DNA of 46,916 bases. Origin: Aduncisulcus paluster (lineage: Eukaryota). Within the stretch, counting starts at the first letter, position 1, and every line of letters starts with the position of its first letter. Of this stretch, positions 1-10,200 are shown piece by piece. The notes under the pieces were generated by a model that saw nothing but the letters and a program-made list of their open reading frames with translations, searched no databases and was not told where the DNA came from. The translations under genes were made by a program, and so were the position numbers. The stretch covers positions 1 through 46,916 of the forward strand of contig BQXS01013858.1 in the NCBI GenBank assembly GCA_024181965.1, written 5' to 3'.

Positions 1-627
1 AAGCTCAAGCTCAAGCTCTTTGTGCTTTTCGGTCTCTTCAAACCATTGCTTTTGGAGATCTTCAAATTGTTTTTGTTTCTCCTCAAAATTCTTTAATAAT
101 GCGTCCCAGCGTTCTTGCTCTTCTTTGCGACGTTGCTGCTCAAGCTCATGCAAACGAACATCTTCTTGCCAACTGCGACGAATGTCTTCACGATGGCGTT
201 GTTCCTCTTGCCAAGTGCGATATTCATTCTCATAATGCTTTCTTGCAGCTTCGTAGTCGAGTTTCTCTTGCTCCCAAAGCTGACGCTGTTCTTCACGATG
301 CTTGATTTCAGCTTTTTCTTCAAAAATCGCTTTCCGTATCCTTTTTTGTTCTGTAAGATACCATTGATGCTCTTTTCGAAGTTTAATATTTTCTTGTTCT
401 CTTTTTTTCTGCTCTGTATCCATTTGAATTTTGGCCTTCTTTTTCTCGGCCTCCCACTCACGTCTTTCTTTATCTATAATCTTTTTGAGACTTTCTCTTT
501 GTTTCCTTTCATGCCTATATAATTGAATTTCTCTATTTCTTTTCTCTTGGAGCTCTTTCCGTTTTCCTTCAATTCGCGTCTTTTCACAATCAACTTCTTC
601 TTCTTCTTCATCAACATATTTAAACAT
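1..627 (-). CDS. Charged coiled-coil / single-alpha-helix protein, 5' part (runs off the left edge)
   Basis: Manual translation: ATG at 627-625 opens a stop-free frame to base 1 (MFKYVDEEEEVDCEKTRIEGKRKELQEK...EEQRQLWEQEKLDYEAARKHYENEYRTWQEEQRHREDIRRSWQEDVRLHELEQQRRKEEQERW...). E/K/R/Q-rich. Absent from the ORF track because there is no stop in the window. Confidence 0.8.
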   Translation of the reverse strand, partial: MFKYVDEEEEEVDCEKTRIEGKRKELQEKRNREIQLYRHERKQRESLKKIIDKERREWEAEKKKAKIQMDTEQKKREQENIKLRKEHQWYLTEQKRIRKAIFEEKAEIKHREEQRQLWEQEKLDYEAARKHYENEYRTWQEEQRHREDIRRSWQEDVRLHELEQQRRKEEQERWDALLKNFEEKQKQFEDLQKQWFEETEKHKELELEL

Positions 628-1112
628 TGTGAAAGGCTTTTTTTCCTTCTTTTTTCTCAATAAATCGACAAGACATGACTCCACTAAATTAAACCAAATT
701 ATCGAGAGAAATATAAATAATTGTGCATTTTTAACTTTGAAATCAATTGTAACATAACTAACATACTCTATATTATATAAAAAATAAAAATAAAATTAAT
801 TAAATTTGGTTAAATTCGAAAAAAATGACAACTTTTCAAATTTCTCCAGCTATAGTAATTCATAATGTCATAACTTTGATATTATTTAACTGGAAATAAA
901 TAGAAATTTCAATTTTATTCATTTATAATATATTTATTTCTTCAAAGCAACCGGGAGAATCAAATTCGATAAAAACAATATCTCAAGAGCATATCTTTCA
1001 AAAATAAATGAGAATTCTAAACATATATTCCCAATATTTGATTTCTACCGGGTGAAATAATTATTATATTGGAATTGAATTCGAGCAACATCAAATCAAG
1101 TTTTGTCAGGTA

Positions 1113-2341
1113 ATGGAAGGTTTTTGCTTGAAGACAATTGAGTTTGTTGCCTCTTTACTGCCATCATATATTGATGACATTGATCAAGGTTTGAATAATT
1201 TACTCAATACATATCTACTTCGGTACGTTTGATCCAGGAGAATCTCTTTTGTTATATGCATTTTAATTCTTATATTTTTCATAAATTTCGTATTTGAAGT
1301 TATCGTGAAGCTTTTGGAGGTGTTGTATTAGGCTTTAAAGATAAATCTTTCGTCCATCAAAATGGAAGTGATTCTATCCAACGTCTTGGAACTCTTACTG
1401 ACATATCTGCAAGAATTCATTTTAGAGTTCATGCAACTGCTATTGTTTTTGCCCCAAAGCCTGGAACCATATTGTTTGCAAGAATTTCTCGTTTTTCACT
1501 TAATAAGGTATTTTTATTGATTAATGATTTATTTAATGGAATCACTGAAGATTTTACTGATAGCTATGAGCTCTATTGTGATCCTGACACTGGAATTGAA
1601 TCCCTCAATCCCTTGCCATCCCTTCTGGAGAGTAATCCTTCAGCCAAACCTCTCTTTGTCGGTGATTATATTAAAGTTCCCATGGTTTCAATGGCTGTTC
1701 AACGTAAATTGATGCAATATAGTGTGGATATCAGCAAGAGTGAGCTTGTCGAAGGTATCCGTGATGTTCTCGATTTTGAGGATGGAAAGTATGATAACAT
1801 CGAGGGTTCTTATGGAGAAGAAGGCTTTGACGACGGTGAAGAGAATGCCCATGGCGAGCAGGGGGATGATCTTGTCTGGAGTGGAGAAGGAGAGGACGTT
1901 AGTAGAGTTGGTGCCATTGATGGGTGGAGTAGCTTTGAAGACAAGGACATAACAGATGCTGAGAAAGATGAGAAGGAAGAGGGGGAAGGAGATGAGAAAG
2001 AAGAAGGAGAGAGAGAGAAGGAAGAGGAAGAAGAAGAAGAAGAGGAGGAGGAGGAGGAGGAAGATATGAAAGAAAAGAAGAAGAAAGAGAAGAAGGAGAA
2101 AAGGGAGAAAAAGGAAAGAAAAGAGAAAAAGAAAAAGGAGAAAGAAGAGAAGATGAAGAAAGAAGAAGAAAAGAAACACAAAAAGGAGAAGAAAGAGAAG
2201 AAGGAGAAGAAAGAGAAGAAGGAGAAGAAAGAGAAGAAAGAGAAAAAAGAAAAGAAGGAAAAGAAGGAAAAGAAGGAAAAGAAGGATAAAAAGAAAAGAA
2301 GGCATGGAGAATCTGAGTTGAAATCTCCTGAGAAGAAATAA
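1113..2341 (+). CDS. RPA43: RNA polymerase I subunit A43-like; join(1113..1222,1300..2341), 383 aa
   Basis: Spliced product MEGFCLKTIEFVASLLPSYIDDIDQGLNNLLNTYLLRYREAFGGVVLGF...IHFRVHATAIVFAPKPGTILFARI...VFLLINDLFNGI fits the Rpa43 N-terminal plus OB-fold pattern (L.P.Y...G....L...LLRY...GGVVL; VF.P..G..L; LLI..LFN). Acidic then KKE-rich tail is typical of nucleolar proteins. ORF-track 1472..2341 is only the downstream part. Confidence 0.8.
1223..1299 (+). other. Spliceosomal intron, 77 nt, phase 2 (GTACGT...GAAG)
   Basis: GT..AG ends and T-rich interior; removal restores the frame and the conserved LLRY motif. Confidence 0.8.
1960..2300 (+). repeat. Purine-rich low-complexity coding repeat: poly-Glu, then 9-bp (KKE)n units
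   Basis: GAA/GAG runs followed by AAAGAGAAG/AAGGAGAAG units encoding KEKKEKKEK. Confidence 0.9.
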
Positions 2342-2851
2342 AATTAATATGTTCTTATTTAATTAAATTGTTTTATTTAATTAATAAGATAAATAATTAA
2401 TCGATTATCAATTGTAATCCACATGCGTAACTCAGACTGGCGTTTTTGATGCGGGGAAGAGGATTCATCGGGATTCATAGTATAATTTTAATTTATTTCG
2501 TTATAATCTTATCCAATGAATGTATTCTATTCCTCTGAATCTGCTAGAATATCGGTCAATGAAATCTCATCATTATCAGTCCAATCACAAAGTTCCAGTG
2601 CAAAAAAATATTCTAGACGTAATTCAAATTCGAGTATTCATCAACATAGACGTACAGCTACCCAAAAAATCTTGAATGGATTCTTTTTTCTAAAACAGCG
2701 AGTTGTCTCCCCTCTGATTTTTTTAATTTTTATGCTAATGTTCGAAAATTTTCAGATAAATAGTATTATTTTATCCCTTGTTAGCCATGATACTAATCGT
2801 ATTCGAGCATTTGTCCCTTTTTTCTCTAATCTGTGTCTCTTCTCTATTCGG
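2316..2851. repeat. Gap-flanking duplicate of 4020..4555 (assembly overlap); ORF 2516..2884 is a false second copy of the 4220 gene start
   Basis: Same sequence at offset 1704; both copies abut 20-N gaps. Confidence 0.9.
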
Positions 2852-2919
2852 NNNNNNNNNNNNNNNNNNNNGATCGAAGGTTGAATCAAATTTCAATTTA
2901 TTTCCAAATAATCTTCTCC

Positions 2920-3999
2920 TTACAACCCTGGAGGTTTATCTTCCTTCACCTGTCTCCTTCTCCCCCTAAGAATGTTGATATTCCAGATATCACTGAGTTT
3001 AAGTTCTTTCTTCTTTGATGAAGTTGAACTCGACACCGGTACTTGTGTTCCCCAGGCACTTTCCTTTGATTCTACAGGTTTCTTGTCGGTTGATAGTTTC
3101 TTTGAAGGTAAGGAAGGGAACTCAGAAGATTTTTGTGTCTTTGATTTCTTGGTTTCCAACTTCTCATCCCTTGTTCTGGGCTCAAGAATAGCAAATCGAG
3201 ATGTGGAACTCTGTTGTTTTGTTTTTGAGGTTGAATCTTCTTCACTTTCCAAGGTTGTCTCTTTGCCTTTCTTCACCTTTGTCTTTGTTTGTTTAGCCTT
3301 TTCATTCTTTTCAATGACATCATCAAGTGTGAGAATCTTCTTCTTCTCTTTCTTTGCAAGGGGTTTCTTATCTTTCTTTCCAACCTTTTTCTTTGCCTGC
3401 TGGGTCTCAGACCCCTTCACAGGCTGTGATTGAGGTTTCTTTCCATCTCCTTTCTTGGCTAAAACAAGAGTACTCTTCTCTTGTTTCTCAATCCTCTTGA
3501 CCAAATTAGATCCTTGAGAAGGTTGTTTCTTTGCCTTAGGTTTCAAAACGGAAGAAGAAGGAGAACTTGTCGTCTTTTCTCTCTTTTTAAGTGTTGGGAA
3601 CTCCTTCTCTGAAAACGATGTCACCTTTTTCCCCTCTTTGGGTTCAGATGACCACGTCTTTCCACCAGGGGGTTGGCTTTTCTCAGCCTTGGTCTTCTTT
3701 CGTTCTGTTTGCGACTCTGTCCACGTATCCAGGACATTGTTGAACATGACCAATTTCTTCTTTCCTCCTCCTCTTCCTTTCTTTCCTTTCTTCGATTTCT
3801 TCTCAAGTGAATCCCATGGAGAGTCTTGTAGTTGAGCCAATTGTTGGCTTTCTTCAGACCAAAACTGATGTTTTTTCCTCGAAGGGAGAGAGGGATACTC
3901 TTCCTGCATACGTAATTGCTCTCTCTCTGCCCAAGAAAGTTGAGGGCTACTGCTTGAGATAACAGCTTTTCCAACATCCGTGGCATCTTTGATAACGAT
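2920..3999 (-). CDS. C-terminal fragment of a Lys/Ser-rich disordered protein on a gap-bounded, probably misplaced contig
   Basis: Frame is open from the gap at 3999 (IVIKDATDVGKAVISSSSPQLSWAEREQLRMQEEYPSLP...) to the stop at 2920; repeated E[FY]P[ST]L motifs. Sits between two copies of the same flanking sequence. Confidence 0.75.
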   Translation of the reverse strand: MVIKDATDVGKAVISSSSPQLSWAEREQLRMQEEYPSLPSRKKHQFWSEESQQLAQLQDSPWDSLEKKSKKGKKGRGGGKKKLVMFNNVLDTWTESQTERKKTKAEKSQPPGGKTWSSEPKEGKKVTSFSEKEFPTLKKREKTTSSPSSSVLKPKAKKQPSQGSNLVKRIEKQEKSTLVLAKKGDGKKPQSQPVKGSETQQAKKKVGKKDKKPLAKKEKKKILTLDDVIEKNEKAKQTKTKVKKGKETTLESEEDSTSKTKQQSSTSRFAILEPRTRDEKLETKKSKTQKSSEFPSLPSKKLSTDKKPVESKESAWGTQVPVSSSTSSKKKELKLSDIWNINILRGRRRQVKEDKPPGL

Positions 4000-4219
4000 N
4001 NNNNNNNNNNNNNNNNNNNAGTTGAAATCTCCTGAGAAGAAATAAAATTAATATGTTCTTATTTAATTAAATTGTTTTATTTAATTAATAAGATAAATAA
4101 TTAATCGATTATCAATTGTAATCCACATGCGTAACTCAGACTGGCGTTTTTGATGCGGGGAAGAGGATTCATCGGGATTCATAGTATAATTTTAATTTAT
4201 TTCGTTATAATCTTATCCA

Positions 4220-7200
4220 ATGAATGTATTCTATTCCTCTGAATCTGCTAGAATATCGGTCAATGAAATCTCATCATTATCAGTCCAATCACAAAGTTCC
4301 AGTGCAAAAAAATATTCTAGACGTAATTCAAATTCGAGTATTCATCAACATAGACGTACAGCTACCCAAAAAATCTTGAATGGATTCTTTTTTCTAAAAC
4401 AGCGAGTTGTCTCCCCTCTGATTTTTTTAATTTTTATGCTAATGTTCGAAAATTTTCAGATAAATAGTATTATTTTATCCCTTGTTAGCCATGATACTAA
4501 TCGTATTCGAGCATTTGTCCCTTTTTTCTCTAATCTGTGTCTCTTCTCTATTCGGGAGGGAGATAGCCCTTCTTCATATTTGGTACCATTTTTATATTTA
4601 TTATTCTTTCCGTTATTTGATGTCTTCTTGCTTCTTTGGTCTGTAAATAAGAAGAATCTTTATCTTTTGGATTACTCCATGTCCGCGAAGGTTCTTTTAT
4701 CTTATCTATCTTCTTTTGCCTTTTTCACTCCCAGATTTGCATTTTATCCTCTTCTATTTGTTTCAACCCGGCTTACAGTGGTAGATGCTGCGAGAGAAAT
4801 TAGCGGAGAGCCTCTTGTTTTTCGTATTCTGGTTATTATAGCGAGTGTTTTTGTCATTTTTCTCCTCTTATTTTTGAAGTTTTTTTATAGCGCCTTCTTT
4901 TTTAATCCACAGTTGAATGATTTCCCAAGTCACCATCGAGTGTTGGCCAGGGACGATGCCATAGTTTTTGCTCTGTATTGTGTCGGATTTTTCTTGGCAT
5001 GGCATCTTCGATTATATTCATCTCTTATAGTTGTGATTTTCTGCTGCATTTCTATCATATGCTTCCTCGTAAAACTATTGAGCTGCTCTTACTATTCTAT
5101 GTGTATCAATATTTTAGAGGCTGGATTTCAAATGCAGATATGTTTGGGTGCACTAATTATACTACCATATCTCTCTTTTGTGGAACATTCCTTTTCATTG
5201 CCCAATTTTTCCCTTATGTTTGCTATATTTTCCTGCTTGGGAATGATTCTTGGTTCAGGGATTTGTTATTTCTGTCAAAAATCAAAACAAAATCGGTTAT
5301 TCCAGTGTATATCTTTTTCTGTTGATCATCTTTCAAAGAATTTGAAGAAATCGGGACGCAAATCACGTTCTATTCAGATCAAGTCGGAAATTTCGCATTC
5401 TTCAAATGTTCATTCAGGGAAAGATATACCAAATCATCAAGAAACCGTAGATATCAATGCAGATTCGTCATCCAAAAAGAGCCAACAGTATCATGCCAAG
5501 AAACATGGGGTAGTAACTTGGGGAGAAATTTGTTCAAACCGATCTAAAAATAGAACTAAAGAGGATAAATCTGTAGAGCATGATGACGGACACTTTTCAG
5601 TATCCTCTGAGCTTGAAGAGACCAATTCCACTGATGATACTGATAGTTCTTATGATGAAGATGCTGAATCAACAAGAAAACAACATACAGGCAAAGGAAA
5701 GATAATGCATCACTCGTACACTCATCACCCTTCTCCAACTTTGTCTGAGTTACAGGTTGAAGTCCAACAGCTTGAAAAAACTGTCACAATGACACATGGT
5801 GATGCATTGATTGATCAAGAGAAAGAAACTATTTATGCAACTGAAAGGGGAAATGCATCCAAGAAAAATGAGGGATCCTTGAATTTACCTCAGAATGGAA
5901 TAATCAGCAACATTCAAGGTAGATCGGTTCCTCCTCTCTCTGACTCTCTTCCATTGGTGTTCAGACAGATATTATCAAAATGTCCATTTCGTATTCTTGA
6001 TACCACCATTTCTGTGGCCAGGGCAAAGAGAGAGTTGCTAGGTCTTCGTGTTGTTGATCAAGGGAAGAAAGAAACAAAACAAATTAAGAATGCTTCAAAG
6101 AATTCGATCTTGGTATCTCGATCATTTCTCAGATTTGATACGCCAAATAACTTTATTATTTCAATGTTGCCACTCTTGCTTCTAATTCGTGTTTTGCATG
6201 TTCTGAAGCTTCGGTGTGAAACCAAGGGAGATGGTCGTGTGAATATTGATACTGAAAATGCAGAACTATGTTCATATTCCATGCTCCCCCCGATTTCTCA
6301 ATGTGGTTGTTCATCTTCCTTTTCCATCGCCTTTTCGAATGCTTGCTCGTTTGCATGTGCCCTTTATGAGATAGCTTTGGGTGTTTTCCCGAAGCATTCT
6401 CTTCTTATTTCACATTATTGTGTCTTTTTGAACTCATTCCTCCCTGAAAGAGCCATTCTTTACTTGCGAAAGACTCAAGAAGACAAATTGAACATGCCAA
6501 TTGACATTCAGACAATCGTATATTCTGTTCATGAGCTTCACAAACTTTCTCAAATCCGTTCTAAATCTGTAGGGTTTACAAAATATGGTAAGACTCTCCG
6601 CAAACTTCGAAATAGAGTGTCCTTGGGTGTCTCACAACTGAAAAATATGTGGGAGATTTTTTTAGATGCTTCAATCGAGCGAGAACAAGTCAAATTGAAT
6701 CGTAAGAATCGGGCCAAACCCGCTCCATCCAAAATTTTGGGAGATATGAATCCAAGAAGTGCTGATTCGATGAATCCTGTTCCTTATCTTCCCACAATGA
6801 TGTCAAGTTTGAGTTATTCTGGAAGGAAAAGAGTGAAGAATTCTCTATTTCTTGACCCATCTGGCCTTCTTCTTGATGGAGAATCCAACGTTAATGCGGT
6901 CAAAATATCAAAATTCGGATCCAATTCAAGATCTGTCAAAGATGAGATCACTGAAGTTATTTCATCGTCTTTCAAATCTTCAACTCCATCTAAGGAAGTT
7001 AGTGCTGTCATTCTTATTCGTAGAGATTTGAGAAGGAAAGTGAAATCCCTTATGTATGATCTTGCTCAAACGATGGAATATCTTGATGATACATTCAACT
7101 TGCTTCTTAGAAAGGCCACTCCAGGACTTTTAAGAGGATATGGACAGTATATCATGTGCATTTGTGGAGATATCGATGGTGCGCATAGATATTTCTCACG

Positions 7201-10200
7201 AAGCCTCACTCTCGACCAGGAAAAGGATAAAGTCGCCAATGTTACGCCACGTTTGTCTATTCCAGCTTTTTGGAAGGAGTTGATGGGTTCCAGCGGTCAA
7301 AATGTCGAGGAATATGTTGTCCGTGAATGTTCTTCCATTTGTAATGGTGAAATAGATTTCAAACACTCAAGTTTGATAAGAAGGTTGGAGCATGCATTTG
7401 GAACGAAGCGTTTAAATTATAGTCTTTGGTGCTCTGCATTTGTCTTTGGGAGTATTTCTTTGTTTGTTGGCATTTTCTTTGGGACAACAGCTGATGTCGT
7501 GCAGACAATGTATGATATTTCACATCAACTCAGTATGACCTTTATGTTGATGGAAATTACAAGTGTTAATCTTCATTCGGTATTATTTCGAAGAGATTTA
7601 ATATATAATTCAATGATTGCAGCGATTTCTTTGACATCAACCCAAGGTGTCTATAGAGATTATTCAATTGAAGAAACTGCAACAAGGGAATTAATGGCAT
7701 CGTTGGGCAGTATTTATCGTGGAATTCAATCATTCTCGGACACAACCGAGTATTCATATCAAGTTAGTCTGGTGCAACTTGTTGGCGTTCGGCCGGCCAG
7801 GAAAAAATTCTATTTCTCACCATTGGGTCGCAATGTCTTTTTTTCTCCTTCCCTCGATTTATATATTTGCAGTTACCTTGGTGAGGATGTCATTCCAAGT
7901 ATTGATTGGACACCCACAGATTTGGAACAACTATCTGGTTTCCTTGATAGTCCTTGTGTATCAACGAACTCAAGCCTTGCTGTTTTAGTCAATTCTTGTC
8001 TTCTTGATGTGATTGATTACTTTAGCTCACCCGACAATATGCTTCTTGGATATTTCGATCAGTTTAATAATGATTTCCCCGACCAAGAATTTCTTCTAAA
8101 CCTCACTCAACCATTGTCGGGTGATATCGTGTTTCAAACTCACTTGAAGAATTTGAATGATTCCATTATGCCTGCAATGAAAGATGTTTTGTTTGAAAGG
8201 TCATTATATGTGTCTGAGTCCATCTCTGTAGTGATTGTTTCATTCATATTCTTTGTTGTCCTTTCTATTGTTCTGCTCATTTTGTTCTATGTTCGTTGTG
8301 TGTTCAAACCTATTACGGGTTATTTCCAACGTATTGAACTGTACATGAGTCTTTTGTTCAATCTGCCTTCCGAAACAGCTCTGCAGATATACAGGTCTAT
8401 TGGACAGAGAGCTCGGGCTGTTGATCTCAAAGGGACTGGTTCCAACTTATTTTTTGATCCCAATCGTCGAAGTTCGCTCTCTGAACGAAGTGATTTTGAA
8501 GTCACAGGGTCTGTTATGTCTTCAATCCATACTGTCACTTCAATGACTCACTCCCTATCCATCTCCACGGTCGATGGAATGGATCGCTGTGCTCCAAGTG
8601 ATATGAATGAATCCGATGATCTGACTGATATTGCATCGGACAAACCCAATCATCTTATTTCGATTGAGAGCCCAATATCGATTCGTCAAGATTATGCTGC
8701 TCATTCCATTTCATCGAATAGGACCAATCATAATTCAGGATCCATTGTTGTCGATTCGACCAGATCACCTTCGAAAGCTTCTGAACAAATGGGTTCAATG
8801 AGATTAATAGGTTCCAATCATGATGTGAGTGGATCAAGCGGTCAGTTGGCTCCCGATCATCCCTCGACNNNNNNNNNNNNNNNNNNNNTTGAGAGCCCAA
8901 TATCGATTCGTCAAGATTATGCTGCTCATTCCATTTCATCGAATAGGACCAATCATAATTCAGGATCCATTGTTGTCGATTCGACCAGATCACCTTCGAA
9001 AGCTTCTGAACAAATGGGTTCAATGAGATTAATAGGTTCCAATCATGATGTGAGTGGATCAAGCGGTCAGTTGGCTCCCGATCATCCCTCGACAACGAGT
9101 AGTCGAAGCCTTCTCTACTCGACGAGTTCTTCCACTGTCGATGTCACTGCAATCTCTCAGAAGGAAGCTTTGACGACAGTTTTAAGTAATGGAGCTCCTA
9201 TTTCGTCTCTTTTGGTTGATCCATTCTCAGACGATTCTGATGATCCTGTGAAGAAGAAGAAGAAGAAGAAGAAAAAGAAAACGAAACCCGAAAAACACTT
9301 AGAAGATGATATGTCATCCAAATCATTGAAAAATGAAAGTTATAATGGTGGTTCTCCTTATATGGAATCTGTTCTTGGTTCCTCGAGACAAAAATCATTG
9401 CCAATGCCTCACATTTTGCCCTCTTATGAATCTCAATACTCTGTGTCATCTCACTTTTCTTCTCCAGTAACTCCATTAACATCAAAGGCCAGCAAACAAG
9501 TTTCTCGGTCTCCAATCTTAGATCAAGTTCTCCTCCAGCCAAGTACATCTTCTGTTTCATTTGAGTTTGGATCCCCTGTTGTCGAGAACGTTGATGTGGC
9601 ACAAATGCGTGATGAATCCACTCATGAGTCAACAGCTTTTGCAAAACCATCGTCGGTGTCAACCATCTTTGAGCCTATTAAAGACGATCAGATGGAGAGA
9701 ACTGTTGATTTGTCTCAGAAAGACGATCAGAATGCTATGGGTCAAGCTATTCGTGGAATCGATGAACCTTCTGCACCCGTATCTATTGTTAGTAATTCGT
9801 CACGTATTTGCCGGGTTGATTTTTCCTCAATTTCATCTTCATGTGAGTCAAGTTCCTTTAATTTGTTAAAACAGGAACAAAACTTATCTTCATTTCTGAA
9901 AGTATTGTTTAAACGATTCAATGGTGCTTCATTGTGGATATTCATCATCTATTTGGTTGCTCTTATCGTTATTGGGATAATAGGATTGTTCTATCTCCTC
10001 CAGTTAAAGGATATTTCCTACGATTTTCATCTCACTGATCAGACAAAGGTTCTTGTTGTGGAAATATATGACTATGCTTCTCGTCTTACTGCCTGTGAAA
10101 TTGGACAATTATCTCGGTATCACAGTGAATTATGTCGTAAACGGGAGGTTAAACATCTTCGTGCTTCTATTGATGTGTTTCGGGAAGAGTATTTTAGGTT

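Noticed and set aside
1688-2305. Very hydrophobic F/L-rich minus-strand ORF (also 115..522, 2972..3433, 46452..46781)
   Set aside because: Antisense shadows of K/E-rich coding sequence.
2420-2480. Slightly GC-richer intergenic patch; CATGCGTAA also occurs near 39022
   Set aside because: No tRNA/snoRNA structure recognised; two independent occurrences are too few to call a motif.
2516-2884. Apparent truncated paralogue of the 4220 gene
   Set aside because: Exact gap-flanking assembly duplicate.
8664-9093. Apparent internal protein repeat
   Set aside because: Identical copies straddling an N gap.
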